Translations under genes and position numbers: made by a program
Source: Vicugna vicugna
Lineage: Eukaryota
Direction of reading: 5' to 3'
Assembly (NCBI GenBank): GCA_013265495.1
Contig: MU057728.1
Coordinates: forward strand, 97,767-161,766
DNA: 64,000 nt
Shown here: in pieces, positions 51,230 through 63,905 of the stretch
Layout of the letters: each line of letters begins with the position of its first letter
How positions within the stretch are numbered: position 1 is the first letter of the stretch
The notes under the pieces: generated by a model
The model's input: the letters and a program-made list of their open reading frames with translations, nothing else
Told to the model about the DNA's origin: nothing
Database searches by the model: none

Positions 51230-51640
51230 TCTGACCATGGACTTGAATCTAGGACTTATAGAGGACTCTCAAAACTCAAGATTTAGACAACCAAACACTT
51301 AATTAGAAATGGGCAGAACATTTGAACAGATACTTAGCAAAGATAAAGGGATGGCAAATAAATACCCAAACCATCATCAGTTCTTAGGGAAACGCCCATC
51401 AAAACCACAGCCAGATGCCACTACCCACCCATTATGGCACGGAAAATAAAAGGCACTGGAGAGGGTGTGTAGTAGCTGGAACTCTCATACATGGCTGGGG
51501 AGTTCAGAATGGCCCAGCCGCTCCAGAACACAGTTTGGCAGTTTCTTATAAAGTTAAGTATAGACCTGCCATCATAGCCAGCAATCCCTCCCCCAGGTAT
51601 TTATCCCAGAGAAAGAAATCCATGTTCACACCAAAAACCT
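51230..51640 (+). mobile_element. LINE-1 fragment (L1M-type)
   Basis: aaatgggcagaacatttgaacagatactt...ctggaactctcatacatggctgg...cagtttggcagtttcttataaagttaa. Confidence 0.8.
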
Positions 51641-54461
51641 TAGCCTGCTGAGCTGGAAGCCACTGTAGTGTGAGTGTAGACTTCTGTCCTTAGAGATGAG
51701 CCACCTGAGGCTCAGAGACAGCAAGGCACTAATCCAGGGTCACACAGCACTACTGGCAGGGCAGGGTCAGACCTGGGTCTCCTGATGCCCATTCCTGTGT
51801 CCTGAGCTGTCCATTCCCGGCTGATGACCCAGAGCAAGGACAGTCGGGGTTCTCCTCTGTGCTGGGAGGCCCTCCAGCCCACATGTTCGTGAGAAAGCTA
51901 ATTTGGCCACCTTCTCAGGGCCCTGGGCCTCCGCCTGGTCTCACCTTCCTCTTTATGGAAAAACTCTCCAGTAGATTGTTTGTCGGGACCAGGTGCTGCC
52001 TGCTGCGTGCAGACGGACGGGTGACCTGCCATGTAAGGGACTGACCTCTGAAAGGGGTGGCAGACTTCCAGGGAAACAAGAGTCGCTGAACCGGCTTCCT
52101 GTGGCAGAAGGCGTTCTGACCCAGACCTTGTTCTCAGAAGAATCAAGAAGGCTCTTGCTTTGTCCCCTTCACCAGACCCCCCGCCAAGTAAAAGCCCTCG
52201 GCTTGCCTCCCATCCACATGCTCCCAGCTCAGCCCAAACCACACCCCCCACTCCCCTGCCCACTGAGTGCACGCATGTGCGTGTTAGCAGGGATCTGTGT
52301 GTGTTTCTGTGTGCTGGGTGTGTTTCAGAGTTGTGAGGCTACAGTGGGATCCCTTTGGCTTTCTCTCCTGAAGGACCAGGGCCCGAGGCCTCCTTTCTAA
52401 CTCTCAGGCGGCACAGACTCCCTTCCTGCGACATTGCCAGCCAGATTTTCTTGTCCAAGGCCATTGAGGACCCATTGTGGGCTGCTGTCATCCGTCAGTT
52501 CCCCCCATGCCTTGACGCTCACCCTCCTTTGCACAGAGGGTATCATGGGCTTTCCGTACTCATGGGCTTTTGGGAAAAATCCTTACTTTGGGGCCATTTT
52601 ACTCGGAATTGAGAATGAGAGAGAGCAGGGCAAGTCTCTTTGTGAAGGACTGCGTTCAGCTGCACATAACAGAAATTCCACCTGGCCTTGGCTTCAACGG
52701 GTGAATGTGTACTTCTCCTTGCATTTCAGGGAGGGTGAGGGCCCTCGGTAGTGCCCGCAGAGACCAGGCCACTCCAGTCCCCGGCACGGCTGTCCCTTCC
52801 TGCAGTTTTCTTGTCCAGTCCGGGCTCTGCTCTGTACGGTCATGCTGACCTCACAGGCTGGGGTGAAGACCAGAGGGGACGATGTATGAGAGTGTGGATG
52901 TGCAAAGGTGCTCACAGGTGCCCGGGTGGCGGTGCTGTGCTGCAGGCGTGCTTCACCTCTGGGGATGGTCCCACCGCCCTGGAGGTGACCGGAGCAGCCT
53001 CCTGAGGTCCCCTGCCCTCTGGGACCCTGATGGCTTCTCTTCCTGGAACAGTGGTTCGCGTGGAAGCACAGTCAGCCTGCTGCCTCTGTGAGATCAGGCG
53101 GAAGGGCCAGTTGGTCAGAGTCTTCACAGAATCTGGGGAGAAGGATTTGAAACCACATAGCAAAGCAGCCTCTCCTTTAATCACAGGATCTGTCTGCTCC
53201 ATGAAGGAGACATGCTGCCCGGCCATCACCAACAATGGCCCTCTGCTCTGCCGACCTCAGCTGGCACCCAGCTCCTTCCCGGGAGCTCGCCAGCCCGGGC
53301 CACAGAGGGGTCTCCAGCTTTGAGGGGCTGCCGTGTGGGTGATGCTCACTGCTCCCCCCAGATTCTTCTCTGGGCTGGCTCCTGCCTCAGTAAAGATGAC
53401 CTGGGCCTGTGGGTAACTTGGCTCTGACCCTCCAGTGACCAAGCAACCTTCGGTGACCTTCCAGCCAAGTCCAAGGCCCAGAAGTTACTGGCACACAGCT
53501 GTGTTCCGTCAGCACGGAGGGGAGGACGTCTTGGCATGGATTTTAGGATTACCAGCAGGCTTGCAAAGCAGGCCAAGGGAGGTCAGCTGGCAGGAGCCTC
53601 AGGAGTCCACATCCACCCGGTGCCTTCGCCCGCGTCAGGGGCTCAGGACACCGGGGTCCGGCGCTTTGGCCCTCTGCTTTCATGAGGCCAGCTCAGAGAT
53701 GCTGCCTGTGTCTCATCACCCTTCCCATCACAGGGACAGAGCCAAGAGGTCGGAGGGAAAGGTCATCGGTCGTCTCCAACCATCCCCTCCTCATCTCATC
53801 ATCCACAACGTGCATCAGGACTGAGTAAGAAAAAGAAGAAAAAGCCAATAGCGAATGAACTTGAATTTGTAGATTGAAGACAAGTTTCTAACAAAAGGAT
53901 CCACTACTCTTTACCGGGGCAAGATTGGGACAGCTTCTCATCCTCCCCCAGGCCTGTGTCCCCCACCCCTGTAACCTGATGCGGAGCCCCATGGCCAGGA
54001 CCTCCCCACTCCCAGAGTTTCCGGAAGCTCTCACAAGTCCGGACGCAACTTTGACAATTCCTCACGTTCCTCTCCTTTCTGTCCTCCTCCCTCCTTCTCC
54101 CTGGTTCTCTTCACCTCCCCTGGGCCGAGGTGGCTGGCAGAGGCTGCATCTTCACCTGCATCCTGATGCCCCCGTGCTGAGCTGTGCTGGCTGGGGAGGC
54201 GTTAATCTGGCTCTTTGGGGAGCTCTGCGCTCAATTCTTTTCTTGGGTATTTTTTCCCCACTTGGAATAGAAACACAGAGAGGCTCGGCACCAAGTGACA
54301 TTGCCACAGGTGGCCCTCCTGCGGATGACTCTGCACCCTCTCCGGGCTTCCCTGGGGAGGGTGAGGGGGAGTGAGGGGGGATGGCCCCAGGGGAAGGGGG
54401 ACAGGCGGAAGGATGGCCTCCTTCATCCTGCCTCCCATTCCCCACCTGCACTCTTGAGTCT

Positions 54462-54554
54462 AGGTCCAGGGAGGCAGGTGGCCTGTATCTGCAGGTCCAG
54501 GGAGGCAGGTGGCCTGTATCTGCAGGTCCAGGGAGGCAGGTGGCCTGTATCTGC
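54462..54554. repeat. Perfect minisatellite, 31 bp x3
   Basis: aggtccagggaggcaggtggcctgtatctgc at 54462, 54493 and 54524. Confidence 0.97.
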
Positions 54555-54589
54555 ATGTACTGCAGCTCTCACTGAAGCATCGGGGCATT

Positions 54590-54765
54590 TTGGTCCTCCT
54601 GGGTTGCTATAGCAAAACACCAGAGACTGGAAGGCTCAGACAGCAGGCATTTCTCACAGTTCCAGAGGCGGAGAAGCCCAGGATCATGGTGCCTGCAGAC
54701 TCAGTGTCTGGTGGAGATTGCTGCCTGGTTTGCAGACAGCTGCCTTCTTGCTGTGGCTTGCGGAG
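54590..54765 (-). mobile_element. MaLR LTR (MLT1A-like) fragment
   Basis: gggttgctatagcaaaacaccagagactgg...atttctcacagttccagaggcggagaagcccaggatcatggtgcc. Confidence 0.75.
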
Positions 54766-55356
54766 AGTGCTCTTTCTCCCTTCCTCTTTGCATGGGGCAC
54801 CCCCAGCTTGGCCACTCCCTTCCTGCAAGGCCCCCGGGGGTTGCTTCATCTCCCTGCGGCTCAGACTGCCTGGCTGCAAAGCAGGGCGGGTGGACAGAGC
54901 AGCCCAGGAGCAGCGGCCCGGGAGGGGTTGCACCTCCTTGGTGACTCCCTCTGACCTGGCAAACCCCAGGTCTCCATCAGGCCCCAAACCCCAAACACCC
55001 AGAGGGGCACAAGGAAGCCTGGGGGCCAGGAGCTGGCTGCGGACAGAGGAGCAAGAAGGCATAAACTAGCCTGTCGAGGGCGGGTGTACCCCCACTTCTG
55101 ACTCCCGCACTCGTGGGCTGTGTAGGCTTCCTCCTGGGGGGTTTCGGAAGGGCTCCCCCACTTCTCTCTCCTGCTGCCCAAACAGTCCATTCAAGTTGTC
55201 CCTTCTGATTTTCATTCCCTATTTCCAGGTAGGCATGTGGTCAGTCATCAGACCTTCTGGAACATGTGTGGGCTTGGCCCCCCAGCCCTGCTCTTCCCCT
55301 GGGGCGGGGTCTTCTGGGTCGGGAGAGGGTGTGCTCTGACCGCTTCCGTCCTCTGA

Positions 55357-55668
<312 letters not shown>

Positions 55669-56252
55669 TGAGACCTGCAAACCTGAGACCTTGAAGATGG
55701 AGTCTCCTGCTCTCAGGGGAAAGCAAGCCCCTCTCCTCAGTTCAGGTCCTGTTCCCATGTTCCACCTTGACCCTGGGCCGGCGGGGAGGAGGGGAGAGTC
55801 TGGACCAGGGGCTTCCATTGCTGCTGCAGGAACTCCAGGATGCCCCTGCCCCTGGCAGATTCAGAACAGAAATGACGGACACCACAAGGCCTTTGAGAGA
55901 AGCCAGGCAGGGTCCCCATGCACTACATCCATGGCCCTTAAGAAGGATGGTGGCGCCCCTGAGGGCCCAGAGGCCCTGTCAGGCCAGCTGACGGCCCCTA
56001 AGTTGCTGGAACTTGGCGGGAGGGGTGAGTACGATGGCAAGGGTCGCTCAGGGGTTTAATATCTTACAACTGGTAGGATCGCACAGGTGCAGAGGCTCAG
56101 CCCTGGGTGGAAGCCAAGCCTGTTCGGGAGTTGGTCCCCGGCCCCGTTGATTCCTTGTACAGGGCTGACCTGCACCCAGAAGGGAGGACAGAAGAAGGAG
56201 TGAATCCCAGCCTACCAGGCCGACCCCAGGGGCCAAGGCTGCCTCTTGAGAG

Positions 56253-56557
56253 CAGGGTTTAGCACAGTCTGCCCGGGGATAGGGCCTATGGCCTGTTTTT
56301 GTGTGACCTGATGGTTTTTTAAAAACCTTTTTTAAAAGATTGAAACAAAAATTAAAAGACTAATAATTTATGACATGTGAAAATGATATGAAATGAAAAG
56401 TTCCGTGTCCATAAATTAAAGTTTTGTGGGACACAGCCGTGCCTGCTTGTTCTCGCTGCTGCCCTGGCAGAATCGAGTAGTTACAACACAGACCACATGA
56501 ACTGCACGGCCTGAAACAGCCACTCGCTGGCTCTTTGCAGAAGTCGCCCGACCCCGG
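56253..56557. mobile_element. MER58-like hAT-Charlie MITE
   Basis: ggcctgtttttgtgtgacc...ataaattaaagttttgtgggacacagcc...gagtagttacaacacagacc...tttgcagaagtcgcccgacccc. Confidence 0.75.
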
Positions 56558-58731
56558 TTTTAGGCTTTTCAGCATCTCATAGTTCTGGGTGGGTACTGGC
56601 TTCTCTGGTCAGGGATGAGGGACTTGGAACAACCTGAGACAGAAGCAGGAGGCTGGGGGCCGCTCAGCCCTGCAGCAACTTGGGGTCCTCGGATCAGCCC
56701 CCACAGACCTTGCAGGGAATCCCTCCACACTGGGCGGGAGCCTTAGGCCCTCAAGCCTGGACCCGCCCCCGTTGGGTGTGGCCTCACGTTGACACTGGGC
56801 CGTGTGATTCCAGCAGCTCTTCTAGCCAGTCCCTCCATCAGGAGGTGTTTCCGTGGTGGCAGGGTTTCAGTAACAGCGGATAACCTAAATCTGAGGCTTG
56901 GGAAATTGAGCGTGTATCCCTCTGGGGAAGAGCAAGTTGAAATGATTTTAATGACGTCTAATTATCAGGGTTTCACAGCTTTCAGAATCCTTCTTTTCCG
57001 TCCATCCAAAGAGCTGCAACGTGAACATTTTTAGAAAACTTGTAGGAACTCAGCACCGCCATCAGGGCTTATGAAAACGAGTGGGAAACAGACGGGCTCT
57101 CCCTTTTAAAGGGAGTCAGGAGCTGCTGGGTTTCCCAGAAATGGCTGGAACCAGCATTTCAAATCCTCAGGGGGAAAGTCCTTGAAATGGAGCTGAAGTT
57201 TCAGAATCGGACACAGAAGCCCTGGGAGACGGGCACTCTGGCTTTCCGACACGTTCTCTACCTTCCCTCTTCCTCTTGCGAAGGGGCAGACTGGTGCTGG
57301 GACCCGGCATTCCTGCCAACAGCCTGAAGACCTGGGTCTCCATCCTGGGGTTTCTGAGAGCTCTTCCTGCCGGCTCCTGACTAGAGACGCCCAGACAGTG
57401 CCTCGAACGCTTTGTTTCATCGCTGCTCTGGGAGCCACGGGTCCCCCTGCTCACACCCCAGTGGGCCTCCATGGCTGTTGGCCCCAGCCCCATTCCTGGA
57501 CTTGCAGGACTAGGCTGGGCCTTCTGAATGGACCTTCTGGAATGTTCCTGCGGGGACCAGGCAGCTCACAAGGGATCAGAGTGGGCCTGGTATGAGGCCT
57601 GGCTTCTTAATGAGCTACTGTGACAGGGCACCTGTGGCTTGTTGTCACTGATAAAATCACCCAAGAGCAAGATCTGACCCCGAATTGAGGGCTGGGTCCT
57701 CTGCCCGTTCCTTCTGAAGGCGCAGAGGCTGGCTTCTGCAGGTGACCCTCAAGTTTGATCATAGGCCTGAGTATTCCATCTTGACCCACCAAGCCTTAGG
57801 TCCCAGCTGATCTAGAGTCGGGGGTTCCAAGGGATGTCTTACCCCTAACAGATGGTGGCCAGAATCATTGGGTTCGTGGAGGCCTCTGTGACCCCCTGTT
57901 CACATGGTCACTCACCAGGGGAGGTGAGTCCCTGGCCTTCAGGGACTTTTGGTCCGTGATTTGGCCCCATCTAGAAGGAGGAAGCCAGAGCTGTGAAGCC
58001 TGGGTCTTTCCCAGAGGCTGGCTGAACCTCCTCACCTTTTCTGAGCACAGGGTCAGAGCCAGGAGCTCGTAGGAACTGGTTACCATTCTTGGTAGAAGGG
58101 GGGCTCTCATGGATATTGGTATCAGCTCTGGGGACCCCCTTGCTCCTCTCCAGATCAGCCTGTAGAACGGTAAAAGCACATGCTTCCTTTCGGGCCCTTC
58201 GATCTTCCGTATTGTCAGTCTGTTCTGCCTACCGAGAAAGTGCCTTCGCTCGTGGGATGTGAGATGTGAGCCCATGGGAACCTGGGCCGGGGATGCAGAC
58301 CCCTCTCTGCACCTGTGAGACACCTCCCAGCCCCCTCACATGCCACCCCTGCCATGGAACCCTTCCCTTCCAATCAAGGTCAGACTGGGCCATGCAGTTC
58401 CACTGTGATAAGCAGGGGGCCCGGGGAGCTGCCTCTCTGCCCAGGGGCTTCATCAAGTCGGTGACACTCAGACAGCAGAGTGGGCAAAGGTCCTGCCTTC
58501 TCACTCCCATCCCTGCCAAGTGGAGAGACGGCTTCCAGAGAACAGGCTGTGTGCCCAGGCCCCCATGCCGACTTCCCCTCCTCCCTGACTGTCCTCTCCT
58601 GGGACCAAGGAGTGGGACGGGGAGGCAGGGCCCAGAAGGGTTGGAAGGAGTCTGTGCTGCTGTTCTTCTCTAAGGTCAAAAAGAATGTGTTCTTAACATT
58701 TCCTCTTCCTCCCATCCTGAACCTCACAAAG

Positions 58732-58785
58732 AGATCCCCGTGGCACCGCCAACCACTGCAGCCAGCAGCGTGGAGGAGCCCGAAG
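58732..58785 (+). CDS. NTN1: Netrin-1 coding exon (exon 5), Pro/Thr/Ser linker before the NTR/C345C domain, 54 bp, phase 1-1
   Basis: Acceptor ctcacaaag|AGATCCCC; donor GAAG|gtaggc. Translates (K)IPVAPPTTAASSVEEPE and continues exon 4 in frame (ATA A|AG ATC). Confidence 0.95.
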
Positions 58786-59299
58786 GTAGGCTTTTCCCCT
58801 TTGCTGCTTTTTTTTTGCCCTGGGGTGGCACGGGAACTGGGGAGGGAAGGTTAGAGGGGCCAGACTCCTCTGAACCACCATTGGGGTGCTGGTCTGTGTG
58901 AGTGGTACCCCTGGGCTGGATTGAGGAGGATGGAGACATAAGGCATTTTTTTCTGCCACATCCCTTCCGAGAATAAAAGGGAGGGGGGTTTATTGGTGCC
59001 TAAGGCTAGCCTCTCTCCCAAGCCTGGGACCCTCCAAGCCGCGCTCCTGCTGCTCAGCCAGTGAGGGTGAGAAACTCCTTCCAGCCCAGTGCCATCCAAG
59101 CCAGGGGCCGGTAATTCCTTCCTGGGGCTGCAGAGAAGGAAGGAAATGGGTGGTGGGGATGAAAAAGGCATTCTTGAACACCAGGGTCCACAAACAGACC
59201 CCAGGGGGGCCTGTGAACCCAGACAGGAAGAGGCTCACCCCTCCCCGTCCCTTACCTCTCACTGAAATGGAGAACATTATAGAGGTGGGCCACCAACCA

Positions 59300-59652
59300 C
59301 AGCGGGGTCAGCAGCACTGGTGATCTGCCAGTGGCAGAAATCACAGCCATTTTCACGTTAGCATTGGTGTAGATGTCATGAAATATTGTTTATGCTCGAT
59401 ATTGCTTCAAAAGGGTAGAAATTACCAGACCCACTGCTAGATCCTGATTTATAATCATTAATAAAGAAACACATACATTATGTAACTGTATAATAAATCT
59501 GGGTTTTTGAAAATACTGGGGTAAGTGTAGTTCAGTATTATTAGTTTCCTTTGTAGTCCTATGGATTTTATTTTTGCATTGAAAAATATGACTGTGAGAA
59601 GGGGCCTATGGACGTCGCCAGTCCTTGGTACAAGAAAGGTCACCCAGCCCTG
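59300..59652. mobile_element. hAT-Charlie-type DNA transposon fragment
   Basis: agacccactgctagatc...taataaagaaacacatacatta...ttttgcattgaaaaatatgactgtgagaagggg...caagaaaggtcacccagccctg. Confidence 0.55.
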
Positions 59653-61338
59653 GCTTTGGGCACAGAGAGGGCCTGGAGCCTGGCTGGAGGGGACACCAGG
59701 CGGAGAGCAGCCAGGCGTGTACCCAGCGCCCTGGGCCTGGGGTCATATGCGGCTTCTGTGTGACGGTACTTGGAGTAGCAGTGAGAATGGTGGGGTTGGG
59801 GGCAGAAATAACGACAGTGGGGTCCCTCAGGGACATTGGTGTCAGCTCTGGGGCCCCTTTACCTCCTCTCCAGATTGGCCTGTGGAGGGGGGTCTTGTGT
59901 ACCCATGTGGTCACCTGAATACTTTAGAATAGACTGTTTAGTATTTTTATGCACTGGGAACTTGAAGTTGCTTATGCATAGTCAATAAACAGCCCTCGAA
60001 TAGGGAAGAAAATTTCAGGGAGCACCGGAGGCCACACCGGAGAAAACCAACAATACTTTGGTCTTGGGTTGTTGCGTAGAGTCTTCAGTCCCCTTTGGTT
60101 GGGCCGCAGGGGACACTTACAGGAGAGAGAGCACTGGGAAGGGGTCAGAGGCAGCAGCATCATGGGTGAAGAAGGTCTTTCTGTAAAAACACAATTCAAA
60201 GGAACATCCCCAGTTAGTTCAGTTCTCGGGTAGAGCAATTTTGAAGCGAGAAGACGCTTCCATTAAATGGAGTCTCGATTCCTGCTTCCTTGCTGTGAAG
60301 AGACGCATCAGAACTCACCAGGACAAGCTCTTCAGGCAGGCTGATTACGCAGCTCATCCAAGGTCAAGGCAGAGTTTCACAATCTCTCGTCTCCCCTTTT
60401 TCTGGTCCTTTCAAGCTTGACTTTAGGTTTCTCCCAGTGGTTTTTTACTTTTTCTTTCCAAATTAGAAATGGGCAAATGGAAAAAAAAATAGAGCAGAAG
60501 AAAAAAACAGCTCATGAGTTTTCTGTATTGGCCACAAGAAGCTGATACAAAGTGCAGTGATCTCTGCTCAAGCAGGCAGAAGATTCCTGGGCAACTAATG
60601 AACGCTTGTAGCGTCTTCCTTTGGAAAGTCTACCAATTCCTAGTTAACTCTTCTGACTCTTTCGGATTTTGTTCCTGTTTATTTCCTTTCTTCTGAACCT
60701 TTAAAAACACCATTTAAATGGAAGCAGACAGTAAATGAACACCCTTATAAAGCGCTTTCTTCACAGAGGGGCTAAGTGAGCAGGTGTGATGCTGGTTGGG
60801 ATGCTGTATCCTTGGCCAGACCCTTTGTGACCTTCCCTGGGTCTCCGGATGTCCAGGATCTCTGATGCTGTCTGCGGAGAACTTGGGCCGTGCCCAGATA
60901 GTGAGTGCTGGACTCAGGGGCTGCCACCACAAAGACGCCCTGACTGCCTCGTCTCAGCAGGAGGGACGTTGTGGGCAGGAGGCCAGGGGCCCCCCTGGGA
61001 AGCGGGGCCTGGGAGCTCAGTACTTCCAAGCTTGTCGATTCTTGCAGTGTTTGAATAGGGAAGGCCTCTGTGCCGGGCTGCCTGAGAATAGCTTGTTTAC
61101 TTTTGCCTGTGGAACGAAGGAGAATTAATAAACGGAGAATTTGTCCTGAAAGCTGATGGACATAACCTCACCCTGAACCCACCCCCTTGAAGGGCCAGCT
61201 CAATCCGGGAATGCTGTCCACCTGCTCGCTCAGCTGGCTGGTACCCATCTTGGGACAGGGAGGCAAGGAACGCTGTCAGGCCCGTGGGTGGTCTAGGGCT
61301 GAGGGGCCCAGAAGGCAATAGGCTGGGAAGGAGACACC

Positions 61339-61936
61339 TGGTAGAGGAAAGATGGCCATGTCCCAGGTTTCAGTTGAGTCCCCAGGACATGCCCCACCAA
61401 GTGTGGGTCCTTGGCTTCACGCAGGAAAGAATTTAAGAGCAAGCCACCACTGAGTAAAGGTAGACTTATTCAGAGAGATATATATGCCATAGACAGAGTG
61501 TGGGCTGTTTCAGAAGGCAAGGGAAAGGCCAGGAGGTGTCGGGGTTGGGCACTCAGTTTAAAGTAAAAGTAGATACACTCTCCACAGACAGAGGGTGGTC
61601 CGTCTAGAAGAGAGAGCGGCTATGAGGTATGGGGGCTATTAGTTTTTAATGGGCTCAGTAGCTTCATATGCTAATAAGTGGGAGGATCATTCCAACTACT
61701 TTTGGGGAAAGGGTGGGGATTCCCAGGAGTTGGGCCACTGCCCACTTTTTGACCTTTTATGGTTAACCTCCGAACTGTCATGATGCCTGTGGGAGTGTCA
61801 TTTACCATGTTAATATATTACAATGAGCGGATAATAAGGTTCAAGTTCTGCTGGGAATGGAATCTCCTGCCACTTAGTGTTAACTGCTGTATCATTCCTT
61901 GAATGGCTGTGCCCTGCCCTCTTCCTTCCTGTCTCA
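61339..61936 (-). mobile_element. Solo ERV1-type LTR (MER41/MER4-group-like), 598 bp, antisense to NTN1
   Basis: TG...CA termini with a perfect 4-bp TSD CACC (61335-61338 and 61937-61940). gggtccttggcttcacgcaggaaagaatttaagagc resembles the U5 of MER41-like LTRs in reverse. Confidence 0.85.
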
Positions 61937-62389
61937 CACCCACTCCAAACCCACCTACTTATGATTGTAGAGACCCCCACCCCACCTTCCCTTGCCCTGT
62001 ATCAACTCCAGAGTTGATCTGCATATCGTTTAATTTGTGGAGGCCACTTGGTTCAGTGGAAGGAGCACTGTTTTGGAGTTGGGAGATCTGGAATTGATTC
62101 TCCACTGGATGTGAGGCCTTGGACAGAGCAAAGGCTTCTCTTTTCTGCCTCCTTGAAAGATGAAGGGGTGGGCCCAAAGGTCCTGGGGCCCTCCCCGCCC
62201 TGCTTCTCATGGCAGGAATGAACTTCTGCTGAGCTTTCTTCCTCCTCAGAAATGCCTGGTTGCTCCCCTCCCCTCTGGTGATCAGCTTCTCCCACAGGCG
62301 TTGCAGTTCCCGTGGGCAAATAGTTAACACCTGGCTGGGGTGAGGCTTGATTTGTAGCATTTGCTCTATCCATGGTGTGAAGGGGCCCC

Positions 62390-62880
62390 TCGAGCCCATG
62401 TGCGCCTCCCCCGGAAGTGGAGTGAGCGTGCGCCGGAAGTGGGGTGGAGACGCAGAACGCAGAAAAGCCAGAGGGAGGCGGGGCCGCCTCTCAGCGGGGG
62501 GGAGAAGCTGCGGACTTCCGAGTGGCCTCGTGGGTTAGAAGAGGGCAGGGCTGTTCTCGAGTGGAAGCTGGACTCAGGATGGAGGTACGAGAGCCTCTAG
62601 CCGACTCCCTGGCTCCCCGACCCCTTCACCTGGGTCTCGGACCCTCCCTCCGGTCCAGTTGTCCTCGCCTTGTCTGGAACCCCCGTGTGGGGCCCCGCTG
62701 CCTCCGCCGACTGCGCCAGCCGCCCAGCCTGGGGGTCGGTGCGGCTTCCGAGGCCCTCTGGCAGCCCTTCTGGGGAGCCGGGCAGCTGAACGGTTGCAGG
62801 CAGCGCCCCACTCAGGTGCTTCCAGGGGTGGGGTGGGTGTGGGCTTAGAGATGTCACATCTGGGGGCCTCGCCGCACCTC
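62390..62880. promoter_or_regulatory. Promoter-like CpG-rich island with ETS/GABP sites in NTN1 intron 5
   Basis: CCGGAAGTG at 62411 and 62433, ACTTCCG at 62514, GC box gaggcgggg at ~62475, high CpG density. Confidence 0.6.
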
Positions 62881-63439
62881 CATATTGTCGGGGAAGAAAA
62901 TTGGGTTTTTATAGACTTGCCGCTGGATAAGCTTGGATTAGTCTCCTTTTAGACTTTGGTTTTCCAAGGTAGGGAGTAGGTTGGGTAAGTAGTGGAAGCG
63001 AGCTGATAAGACTTGAATGCAGTGTTGGCCGAGTGTGGGGGGCGGGGAGGGGCACTGAACTGGGCGTTCTGCCTGACCTTGCTTCCTCCTGTGTGAAACC
63101 GGGTAATGATAACCCTGCCTCCAACGGTTGTTGTGGGGAATAAACGAGATGGTCTGAGTAAAGCCTTTGATTCAGCGGCGGACTTATCGTAAGTGCTTAG
63201 AAAAAAACCAGTGGAACACCCTGGAAAATCCAAACAGCACGGTGTATGGAAGGATTGAGCTGACTAAATTCTCCCAGTGCTTTACCAGGAACGTGGGTTT
63301 GCATGAGGACAGGTGTGGAGAGTCAGTCGGGGGAAGGCTCTTGAGAAGACCTGGGCGGGGAGCAGGTGGGGCTGCCCAGGGCCGGGGGCAGCTGAGGAAA
63401 CTGCGAGGTGGCTGCTTCACAGACTATAAGACCCTGTTA

Positions 63440-63905
63440 AAGCCTGGAAATTGATTAAAGGTCAAGGGCTTGACCTCACAATAGCCAAAAGTTGGGGAAC
63501 AGCCCAGATGACCACGGGTGGCAGAATGGATAATCTCAGTGTGGCATATCCACCCCATGGAACATTGTGCAGCCAGAAAAAGGAATGCAGTACTGACAAA
63601 TGCTACAACCTCGGCAAACCTTGAAAATCTTACGCTAAGTGAATGAAGCCGGATACAAAAGACCACATGGTATATAATTCCATTTATATGAAATATCTGG
63701 AATAAGCAAATCCAGAGACAAACTGGTGGTTGCTGTGGACTGGGAGGAGGAAGGAATGGGGAGTGACTGATGGGTACAGGCCTTCCTTTTGGGGTGACAA
63801 AAATTCTGCAACTAGGGAGTGGTGATGGGTAACACTGTTAATATACTTAATGTCACTGAATTATGTGTTTAAAAATGGTAAATGTTACGTGTATTTTATC
63901 AGTTA
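63440..63905 (+). mobile_element. LINE-1 3' UTR (L1MB-like)
   Basis: cacaatagccaaaagttggggaacagccc...tgctacaacc...aaccttgaaaa...ctaagtgaatgaagccggatacaaaagaccacat. Confidence 0.85.
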
